A stretch of 64,000 nucleotides of DNA. It comes from Plasmodiophora brassicae. Its lineage: Eukaryota. The first letter of the stretch is position 1. Every line of letters begins with the position of its first letter. This document shows, piece after piece, positions 34,591 through 44,677 of the stretch. Both the position numbers and the translations under genes were made by a program. The notes beneath the pieces are model-generated. The model did no database searches. It had not been told where the DNA came from and saw nothing but the letters and a program-made list of their open reading frames with translations. Where the stretch lies: the NCBI GenBank assembly GCA_036867785.1, contig CP145417.1:1240001-1304000 (forward strand). The letters are read 5' to 3'.

Positions 34591-35365
34591 TCCTATGGTG
34601 AGGGCGTATCCCCAGGTCATCCCGGCGCCTTGCAATCTCGGTTTTGATCACTATGAGCAGTCAAAATATTCAGTAACAGTCGTATTTACATGAGAATACA
34701 CGCTTACTCAGATACGTATGGTTATAGGAGTATTGGTCGACATCCTGTTCACTGAGATCACCGCGATGTCTCAGCCAGTCCTTTAAATCGTTATGGATTT
34801 TCATCGTTGTGGGCTTTTCTGCCCGCCCACCGTCTTAATGTATGCGTCACCGTAATAGCTATACATCCACGGTTTCGTCAGATAGTACAGTGTCAGACAA
34901 AACCATGATTGACATACGCGGCGCATAACGCTTTCATCTCGTTCCGAATCGCCTTTCGCTGGGGCGTCATTGCCGCCCTAACGTTCTCTTGGGCCTAATA
35001 CGCCGCAATCGGCCCCTGTGGTAAGGGCCGATTCCTCCTGCTCGCAAGCGGGTCCAGAGGTGCGCCAGGACTGGGCGACGTTGCCAGTTCATTCTCTGCA
35101 ACATCTTCCCGTGATTGCCTGTGTTCGTATGCCAACAGTCAGATACCTGGCAAGAAGGTCGACGCACTTGTACAACCTCGACGCTGCTCGTCTTCGTCGC
35201 ACCATCTCGAGCTACACTGAGCCTCCGGTAGCCCATTCGTATCCCCATCAGCGCACTCCGTGGGCAGGCGGAAGAATGTGTCACCAATGTGTCCACTGAT
35301 GTAGCCGATTTGTAGCTCCCCCGCAGAATTGTAGCCCCGCTGTAGCCGATATGCTGCCTGTACGT

Positions 35366-36048
35366 GGATGTCGACTTCGACAGCGAGCCGATGAGATGGA
35401 TGGGGGCGCTCCGGTAATTCTCGCAAGGCTACGCTTGCGGGCCTGCAGGGCTGATGTCCTGTACGATGCGCAGGTTGACGGTCGAAGCCATCAAGAAGTT
35501 CATCAGGGGCGACACGCGTGCGCCTGCGATATCCGGTACCGCGGTCACGACAGGCCGGATCAGTGGGCCAGCGTCGACGGGCCGTTCAATCTGCTCGTCG
35601 CCAGCAACCTGTCGCATCTGGCGCCGGACATGAACCTGGTTCCGGATGCCAAGGTGATCGTCGACGACTGCCACATCGTTCCCGTTGTTTCTAATATGAC
35701 CGTTCGTGTCGCAACAGATCGATGACGGGTTTGTGCATCTTGGCGTCGGGCGCGGGCTGACCAGGACGGCGATGCTGGGGATGTTAGCGTTCGAGGTCGA
35801 ACATGGCAGGCACGTCGCGAGGTCAGCACTGGGCGCCATCTGGGGAGCGTTCACTGGCCGCGTTTACCGTCTATGATCGTAGAGACGGTTTGTCCCTGCA
35901 GGCGTGCTCGGAAATCGAGCTGATACCAATGAGACGGTCGCTGTGTGACATCGACGGCGAGAGGTACGCCTTCGGCAGCGTGCGCTGCTTAGCGCGACCG
36001 GGTGCTGCCCAGCTGATCCTCGGTCACCAAGCACATAAACCCTTATAA
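35366..36048 (+). pseudogene. Inverted duplicate of the 3' third of the sphingosine-kinase gene
   Basis: Reverse complement of ~28474-29163 with introns retained; 2-nt insertion near 35515; ends QAHKPL*. Confidence 0.9.
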
Positions 36049-36181
36049 TGGGTACTGCCTTCCTGGACAGCGTCGGTGTCCTGCAAGAGATCGCCTGGAG
36101 GATACCCCGGTGGCCTCGGTCCTTCTCACCGGACATCGTGAAGCGTATGCTGATTTATGTATACGGCAATGCCATCCTGGA

Positions 36182-37119
36182 TCAGTGATCCGGGACGGGC
36201 CAGCTGGCGCCATACACCTCCTCGAGGAAGGCAACGGCGTTCCGCGGGGCAGGGAAGCTGCTGTTGTACACCTTCAGGTTTGCGAGCGGGAACACGTCGT
36301 CGTGCTTCATGTTTACGTGGCCGTCAAAGACGACGTCGTTCGACGGGTCGCACGTCTCGTTGTACGACCACGTGTAGATGTCGACGTACGGTGGCCCAAA
36401 GTACGGCCCATCAAGTCGGCCCTGTGGGGAAAACAGTTTCTTGGCCAACGGGTGGTGCTGCCCAACGCAGACCGACGCCATGTTCAGCCTGGTGAAGAGG
36501 GCGTACCCGCGTCGCCATAGCGCTTCCGCCAACTGCTTGTAGTCGTTCGCAACCATGCAGACGTCTAGCGGCTGGTCAGCGTATAGGCGGAGGAGCCAGT
36601 GTCACATCGTTGCTGACCTGCGTCCTGCGTGTAGGGGATGATGGCCTGGTCGCGCTTGGCGCCCAGTAGCGTGCCGAACGATATGACGGTCGGCAAATCC
36701 AGCAGCGTGTTGGCGATCCGGATCACTTCCGTCACCACCATATGCAGGACGGCGCTGTTGCAGGGTGCTTCGCCGTCCGCCAGCGCCAGCAACGACTGCA
36801 TGGGCCCCTCGCCAGTGCCGCACCCCCTGACCACCATCGGGAGACATAGTCCCCAGCCCGAGCCCTCGTCGTACAGGCCGGGGAACTCATCGGGTATGGC
36901 GTCCCACGTCGCCAGGAACTCGTTATCGCTGGGCGCCGCATTCAGGGTCGCGGTATCGACGGCACAAGTCTTCCCGCTGCGGGGCACCTCGTCGACGTCG
37001 AACGTCTCCACGAACTTGTACGGCGAACCACCGAACCCGACCACGCCGACAGTGACCGCCACGGCACTCAGGCCCATCGCGGCCAGCGGCCACCATCCCG
37101 GGGACCTCGACCTCGCCAT
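36182..37119 (-). CDS. LicD/fukutin-family protein, copy C
   Basis: Signal/anchor; FGTLLGAKRDQAIIPYTQDA|DVCMV; PYVDIY; same intron position as copy A. Confidence 0.85.
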
Positions 37120-37155
37120 CGACGACCGAACCGGAGGTCACCACTGCAGGAGACC

Positions 37156-37218
37156 GCTCTGCACCGAGTTCCACCCGTGCGACAACAAGCAGCAGGAGTC
37201 CCTGGTCGGGCAGAGCGG
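37156..37218 (+). pseudogene. Short inverted fragment of an internal CDC40 exon
   Basis: CTEFHPCDNKQQESLVGQS versus parent CAEFHPWDSKQHEFLVGQS. Confidence 0.8.
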
Positions 37219-37363
37219 ACCCGTTCCGCTCAACTGGGGCGGGTAAGGCATCCGTCACTGCCGGTGGTGGCTACCCGCTGACACGTTTCATGTATCGTAT
37301 GCCGGGTGCCGCCGCAAAACCACTTCCTACGAATGCAGGCCCGCACATCTTGCGCAGCCCCAC

Positions 37364-39261
37364 CTATTTATTCTTGGCGCCGTCCCAGAGCGTGATGGTG
37401 GAGTCCCAGGAGCAGGTCGCCACGCGCGACGGCTCCACCGGGTGCCACTGCACGTCCATGACGATCTGGTCCTTCGCGTTCGTCTGGATGCGCTCGAGGA
37501 CGCGCGTCGTCTTGAAGTCCCAGAAGAAGGTACGCCCGCTGCCGTCGCCGCTGCACAGCCAGCGGCCGTCGGGCGAGAAGGCCATCCCGGCGGCGTACCC
37601 GGCGACCTGGTGCCCGGTGAAGCACTTCTTCCGGTTCAGCTTGAACCGGTCCTTGACGGACACGATCAGGATCTGGTTGTCCATCGACTGGGCGGCGAAG
37701 AACGCGTTCGACGGGTGCATGACCAGGACGGGCATCGAGTGGAGCTCGGGTTCGGCGATGTGCTTGATGACGACCGGGATGCCGTACTCCCAGATCAGCA
37801 TCTTCTTGTCGTCCGCCGTCGACACAAACCGCCTGCCTTCGTCGACGAACAGGATGGCGTTCACGGCGCCCAGGTGCTCGTCATACGTCTGCGCGGGGAC
37901 CGTGTCGCTCGCCCTGGGGCAGCACACCACCGACGCTCATCAGTGTGACCCATGGCGGACGCATCGTCGCCGAGCGGCGCACGTACCGGCAGTCCCACTG
38001 GATGATCTTCTTGTCGCTCTGCCCGACCAGGAACTCGTGCTGCTTGCTGTCCCACGGGTGGAACTCGGCGCAGAACGGCGTCTTGCCGAGCGTGAATCGC
38101 TGCAGGCACTGGCCGGTCTCGGTGTCCCACAGCTTGACGTAGCCGTCGTAGCTGGTCGACAGGAACCGGTCGCCCCTGTTGTTGAACGACACCTTGCGGA
38201 CGGGCTTCGAGTGCCCCAGGAACGTGCGCAGCGGGCGCCGCTCGTTGTACACGTCCCACAGCTTGACCTTGTGGTCCATGCTGGCCGACAGCAGCAGGTG
38301 GCCCGAGAACGGGATGAACCGGATGCAATTGACGCCCTTGGAGTGCCCCGAGTACGTGTGGATCTTCTTCTCCGGGATGTACGACACGGGCGTCGGCGAC
38401 GGCTTCAACCCGGACGGCCGCCACATGTACGTCCGGCCCTGGTAGTCGTACGGCGACGACGCGCCGTGCAGGATCGTGCGCTCCTGGCCCTTCTCGACCT
38501 CGGGTTCGTCGGCGACGACGCCGCCGCCCGACGAGTCTGTCGCCGGGCGATCGGCCTCCTCAGCGGGTTCGTCGGCCTCGCTCTGCGCAGGAGCAGGGGC
38601 GTCAGCGACGACGTTCGCCGGGCAACCCGCGGGCGTGTTACCTCGTCGTCGCCGTCGGCCACCTTCTGCGCCTCCTGGTCTGTTGGCGCCCATGGCGACG
38701 TGAACTTGCCGGGCCTCCCCGCCTTCCGCTTCCTGCCTCGCTGCGTGCACACAGCGTTACACACAATGGGGAGACGGGGCCGGGGCGATCGTACCCGGCG
38801 CGGTTGCAGGGCGGCATGGTACTCCTCGTCGAACTGCACGTCGCTGATGTGCGCCTGCAGGAACGTGTGAGACAAGCGCTATCGGCAATGGCAAACGCGC
38901 GCGCGCGTTACGCTCTCGACGTAGCCGGTCAGCGTGTTCCGGACGGCGGATCGCGGTTCCGCCGACCCCGTTAGCGGGTGCTCGGGCCCGTACTGCGTTG
39001 CAAACCGGGGGGCGTTAGAGTGGATGACGCTGGGCGCGCCCCTCGTGGACGTACCGTCGGCGCGTACATCAGGTCGGCCTCGACGTTGTACTCGACGCGG
39101 CGCGCCGTGGCCGGCACCAGGCCGACGACGGCCCGGTCGACCTGCGCCGGGATCTCGCGGGACACCGACATGGTCGTCGTCGTCGCCCTCGGCAGGTCGG
39201 CCGGCGGCGCCGCGCCGTCCCCATCGCTGCTGTCGCTCGCGTACGACCCCGACACGATCAT
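37364..39261 (-). CDS. CDC40: Pre-mRNA-processing factor 17 (WD40)
   Basis: YDYQGRTYM, YIPEKKIHTYSGHSKGV, LLSASMD, YDEHLGAVN, HIAEPELHSMP, FTGHQVAGYA; multiple introns. Confidence 0.95.
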
Positions 39262-39379
39262 GGTGGTCGGCGGCGCCAGTCGGGAGCTACACCCGCCTCC
39301 ACGGACTGCGTAAGACACGACGCCAACAAGGCCGACCTTCGTCGGCGACAACGGCACTTGGCATGATCGTCTGCCCGTT

Positions 39380-40069
39380 TTATGTAGACGGATGCGGAGG
39401 TTGCCCCGCGTGCCGCATCTGGTCGATGGCCGCGGAGATGGCGGCGAGCGCCGCCTCCTGCTCGTCGTGCATGCGGGCGACCTCGCGTTCGAGGAACGCG
39501 AACCGCGCCTCGACGCTGGCCTTGTCGGCGCGTGCCTGCCGCTCCTGGTCGGCCTTGGCCGCCTCCGCGCTTCGCGAGCTCCGGTAGATCTCGAACGTGA
39601 TGACGATGCCCGCGACGGCGAAGATCATGTACTCCGAGATCACATCTGGATCGTTTTTAACGGAAGCGACGTCGTGGAAACGGCACGGCACGGGGTTCGT
39701 TACCTGCACCCAGTTCCAGTGCTTTGGCCTCTTCGATCGGTTTAACGTTCTTGACTCGATGCCCTAAGAGACGAGCCTGCCGGCCAGCGCGGGGCTGTCA
39801 GGCGCCACATCGTTCCGCGAGAGATGGAGGGTGACCTGGAATTTGTACTGCTGCCTGTGGTGCCACTGCCCGTACCGCACGAAGACGCTTCTCCAGAACG
39901 GGCTCTGCTGCGACTGCGACACGAACGTCTACAAGGCCCGCGCGTGTGAGATGCAGGGCACGCAGCCACGGGCAGGGTACGCGTCGAACGCAACCTTGGA
40001 CACGGGTTTCGCCAGCGTCCGGATGGCCAGCGCGCCGATCTTGGCCGCAATGCCACCCAGCGCCACCAT
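39380..40069 (-). CDS. OPA3: OPA3-like mitochondrial protein
   Basis: KIGALAIRTLAKPVS and SEYMIFAVAGIVITFEIYRSS plus coiled coil; spliced, internal exon model uncertain. Confidence 0.8.
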
Positions 40070-40314
40070 CGACCACGCCCCTCGTCCTGCTGTCGATTGA
40101 CAGTTTGACCGCGTCCGCCATCGACTCGCATTGGCGCGACCGGCCCCAAAAAAGAGGCACACACACTGCGCTCCAGAGGAGCAACCCCGAACAGAACACG
40201 CTAAGACGATGTCCCTTCTGATTCCCTGAGGAACGGAACAAGGGTTGTCGCGAAGCACGCACGCCCCTACCTTTGAAACCTGTGCGGAATCCTCCGTTTT
40301 CGCGCGGAGAGACT

Positions 40315-41473
40315 ATGGCCATCAACCATCACAACGGTTGGCTGGCGCCCTCGGATTGCAATTACGCACATCGAGAACCCCTGGATATCTCGCTGGGTCG
40401 AGGCGGGTACAGTACGTACGACGAGGCAAGCGAAGGGTCAACACGGCCGGGGGGCGCGGTGGATGGAGCGCGACGGCGTGATGGCCGTCGTCATGCGCCT
40501 GTACCAGCGGTTGGATCACGGCCTGCTGTCCGCGGGCGAGTTCGTCCGGGAGCTCGAACGCCAAGGCGTCACGGTGACGTCGGCGCTGCTGGCTGCGCTG
40601 AGGAAGTCGACGTTGCCGACCTTCTCGAGCGTTGTCGTCGCCCTAGGCATCTCTGACTACGACCCCGATGTCATCCGACGCACGGGGCAGATGCCTTCGG
40701 AATCGGACGGCAAAGTTCGGCTACTGGGGAAACCCTCTCCCGATTCGTACCCTGCATGGCCGCCGCCGGACTCGTTGCATCCTCCTCAGCGTCTGCATCG
40801 CCGTCAGCAGCGTTGCCCTGCGTATGTCGAGAACAGCGCCGACCCGCCGCCTCGTCGACCGTGCTACGTGACGCCTGCCTGTCGATCGACCCTATTCGGG
40901 CCCATTGTGGAAGGACCAGCAGTAGAGGACCCTGCTGTCCTGAGACGTCCTAGACTGCGAGTATCAGCACCCGGACCGAATGACGAGCCGTCCCAGCAAG
41001 CCGGCCACACCAGAGCGCCTGGCGAACCCGGTTGGGTCCATCAGCATCGTGTTCCGGCCGCAGTGGAACCCCCTCGTTGGGCAACTGGCCTACGCGCGGT
41101 CGAAGATGGTGCAACGCTGCACGACCCGGCCGTGGTTCGGACAGCAGGTCTTCATCGTCGCCGGCGGCTTTTCATCGAGCACGACCCGACACAGCCCGGG
41201 CGGCCTCTACCGTACGTGATCAGCTCAACCGAGCTATCGTCGACGACAACCGATTGTGACGAACGGGTCCTGGCTGCAGGTTCGGGACGGAGCGCGATGT
41301 CGGGCCGCCGTCGTCGGCGAAGGTGGTCCCCACGTTCCCGACGCACTTCGAGGCTCTGCACGCGCGTCTACGCGCCCAGCAGCGACCGCCCGGTACCGCC
41401 TAATACAGTGCTGCTGCTGCTGGAGGCCGCCCTGGTCGAGAGATCCAGATCGTTGGGGCGATCCCGAAGGTAG
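40315..41473 (+). CDS. Hypothetical protein with degenerate EF-hand-like helix pair and Pro/Arg-rich tail
   Basis: ORF 40463-41473 with RLDHGLLSAGEFVRELERQGV; boundaries and introns uncertain. Confidence 0.4.
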
Positions 41474-41514
41474 ATATTGTCGGCACACGAATCGGTTATT
41501 TGGCGTGTGCAACG

Positions 41515-42381
41515 ATGCGGTCGACGTATGCCCTGCTTGCAGTGGTCGTTGGCGTGGCGGCGGGGCGCCTGCGCCCGGGCGTGATCAGCTACTGGGACCC
41601 GAGCACCACCGACTTTAACACGATCCCATCGGGCACCCTGGCGGTCATCAACCCGAACAGCGGCATGTTCGTCAGCGAGACGTCGTACGCGCTGGCGGCG
41701 AACGTCGCCTGCTACGCGTTCACCGCCGAGCAGCTGAGCATCCGCGGGGCGACCGTCCTGGGCTACGTCCCCACCGGGTACTTCAACCACGGCTGCAACA
41801 CGGAGGGCGTCTGCCAGACCTGGCAACGGTGCGTGTGCGTCGTCCGCGTCCCAGAGGGTGCGTCTAACCGCCAATCTGTTGGCAGGATCGAGGCGAACAT
41901 CGCGGCGTACTACAGCGCCATGCCGATGCTCGACGGGATCTTCTTCGACGAGGCGGCGCCGTCGTCGTGGGACTGCAACGCGTTCGCCGCCGAGTTCGCC
42001 CAGCTGCGCGCGCTCGTCTACAAGTACACGCAGAAGGCGCAGATCGCGTACAACATCGGCATCGCCGACACCTGCATCGTCCCGTCGATGCAGGGGCCGA
42101 ACGAGATCTACGCGCTGTTCGAGAGCAGCATGACCGACTTCACCAGTCAGAAGGCGACGGTCCTGGCGACGATCAAGGCGGCCAGCAGCGCCGGCCTGCA
42201 GACCTGGGCCCTCGTCTACAGTGTCACGAGCGCGCAGCTGCCCTCGCTCGTCCAGGCCGTCAACGGCACGTCGCTGACCTGGTTCTACGCCACCGATATC
42301 GGCGGGAACTGGCAGGCCGGCGAGAACACGTGGGGCGCCCCGCCCGCCTACTGGGGCAGCGAGCTCGCGCTCCTCACCTGA
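41515..42381 (+). CDS. Secreted spherulin-4 family (GH135-like) protein
   Basis: Signal peptide; VINPNSG, VLGYVPTGY, LDGIFFDE motifs; one 57-nt intron (GTGCGT...GCAG). Confidence 0.85.
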   Translation: MRSTYALLAVVVGVAAGRLRPGVISYWDPSTTDFNTIPSGTLAVINPNSGMFVSETSYALAANVACYAFTAEQLSIRGATVLGYVPTGYFNHGCNTEGVCQTWQRCVCVVRVPEGASNRQSVGRIEANIAAYYSAMPMLDGIFFDEAAPSSWDCNAFAAEFAQLRALVYKYTQKAQIAYNIGIADTCIVPSMQGPNEIYALFESSMTDFTSQKATVLATIKAASSAGLQTWALVYSVTSAQLPSLVQAVNGTSLTWFYATDIGGNWQAGENTWGAPPAYWGSELALLT

Positions 42382-42784
42382 ACCCTGCCCTGCCGTCGTA
42401 TCGCCCTCCGAATAAACGGAGACAGGTCGTCGCCGGAGCCGGCTCCGGCGGACACGCGGTTGACCCCCGGAACCACAAAAATCGCGATGCGAACAAAAAA
42501 CGGCGAGCGAAAACGGCGCACCGCCGGCGGCCGCGACGCAAAACCGGCGGTCGTGTTTTTTGGGCGCCCCATCGGCATCGCCTCCCTCCGCCAGTCTGGA
42601 CGACGACGAGCGGGCGGCGGTCGGGCGGGGCGGACGGGTCGAGTATTATTAATTTGGACGAGAGGCGACCGCGCGCGCGCGCCCAGCCCATAACGTTATT
42701 GGAGGCGCGCCTCGGTGCGCTCTGGTCGGGGAGGCGCTGCGGGCGTTGCGCGAGCGACGACGACGACCGCGGTGGTAGTCGTGT

Positions 42785-44408
42785 ATGGGCCAGGCGGCGT
42801 CGTCGACGTCGGTGTACCAGCAGCAGCAGCAGGCGAGCGGCGAGCCGTGCACGGCGTCCCGGCGGATGGCCCTGCCGCAGGAGATCGACAGCGTGTTCAG
42901 CGCCGCCATTCGGTATTATTTCCGCGGCGAATCCCTGCACGCGCTGCGCGGCGATGATCGCCTGCAGCGCAGCGAGGAAGGCGCCGACAACTACGGGGTC
43001 GGCGGATACCATCGGGTCGGTCGATGACGATTGCGCGACACACACACACACACACACACACTGATCCGCCGCGTGCGTCCAGGTGACTCGCGGGCAGCTG
43101 TACAACCAGCGGTACATGATCGTGTCGAAGCTCGGCTGGGGGCACTTCTCGACCGTGTGGCTGGCCGCCGACCTGCACCAGTTCTCGAGCGCGACCGGGG
43201 CGGCGCACGTGGCCCTGAAGATCCAGAAGGGCGAGGCGTCGTACATGGAGGCCGCCCTGGACGAGGTCAAGCTGCTCAAACGGGTCAGCGAGGCGACCGC
43301 GATGCTGGGCGCCGAGGTCCCCGTCACCCAGATGCGCGACTCGTTCATGGTCGTCGGCGATAACGGCAAGCACATGTGCACCGTGTTCGAGGTCCTCGGG
43401 GACAACCTCCTGGAGCTGCTGAAGCGGTGCCCTGGCCGGCGGTTGCCGCTCGCGTCGGTGAAGGTGATCGCGCGCGACATCCTCAAGGGCCTGGACTTCC
43501 TGCACCGGCGCTGCCGCATCATCCACACCGACCTGAAGCCCGAGAACGTCCTGGTGGCGTCGTCCGACCCGAAGATGGCGCAGCGGCTGGCGAGCGGCAA
43601 GGTGCACGACCGGAAGGAGGGGTCGACCGCGCCCGTCGTGAAGATCGCCGACCTGGGCAACGCCTGCTGGACGGACCACCACTTCACCGACTACATCACG
43701 ACCCGCCAGTACCGGTCGCCCGAGATCATCCTCAAGGCGCAGTACGACTGTTCGACGGACATCTGGTCGCTCGGCTGCATGTGCTTCGAGCTGATCACCG
43801 GCGAGTACCTGTTCGACCCGAAGGCGGACCGCTCGAAGGGGTACACGCGGAACGACGACCACCTGGCGCTGATGCTGGAGCTGATGGGGCCCGCCCCGCC
43901 CAGCCTGATACGCGGGGCCGCGTCCGACAAGTACTTTGACAGCAGCGGGCGCCTGTGCCGCGTGCCCGCCCTCGACTACTGGCCGCTCCACGAGCTGCTC
44001 AGGAAGAAGTACAGGTTCAGCCAGGAGGCCTCGGTCGAGATCGCCGCCTTCCTGCGCCCGATGCTGCACCTCGACCCGGCGCGGCGCGTCACCGCCGAGG
44101 CGCACCTGCGCCACCCCTGGCTGCGGAACGATTCCGTCGTCCTCAACATGTCCCGTGTGGCGTCGGCGTCGTCGTCGTCCGCCCTGAAAGCGGCGGCGGC
44201 GGCGACAATGTCGCCCAGGTCCGAGAACCGACCGAACGGCAAGGCCGTCGTCGACCGCGTTCGACGGTCGCAGGTGCCGAAGCTGATGGACGCGGTAAAG
44301 TCGTCCACGACGACCTCGGCGGCGGCGGCGGCCTCGACGCGGTCGTCCTGGAGAGGGTCCACGACGATCCTGTCGTCAAGTCGGCGCGCACGCCAACAGG
44401 AGGCGTGA
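42785..44408 (+). CDS. SRPK: SR-protein kinase
   Basis: EEG..Y..GGYH, KLGWGHFSTVWL, IIHTDLKPENVL, KIADLGNACW, TRQYRSPE, DDHLALM.EL; one intron containing (CA)n. Confidence 0.95.
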
Positions 44409-44677
44409 GGTGGTTGGGGGGGGGGGGGGGTACCGCCTGCTGGCCTCGCCATGGGCTATTTATATCTGCACTGCCTTCATGCGGCGCGGTTTTGTGCTGC
44501 GTGAGTTGTGCGCGCTCTCCCTGTCGTTCTATACAGGCCGGGTTGTATTGATACGCGCGCCTGAGCGTGCGCCGATGGCCCGCTGAAGCCACACGTTGTA
44601 GTCGAGGCGCAGATCACAGAGCGGCATTGCCGCCTGACGAAGGTAATGAACGAGCGCCGTTGGTGTTATTAGGAACG

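Noticed and set aside
43038-44430. (CA)n tract in the SRPK intron and poly-G run after its stop
   Set aside because: Ordinary simple repeats with no evidence of function
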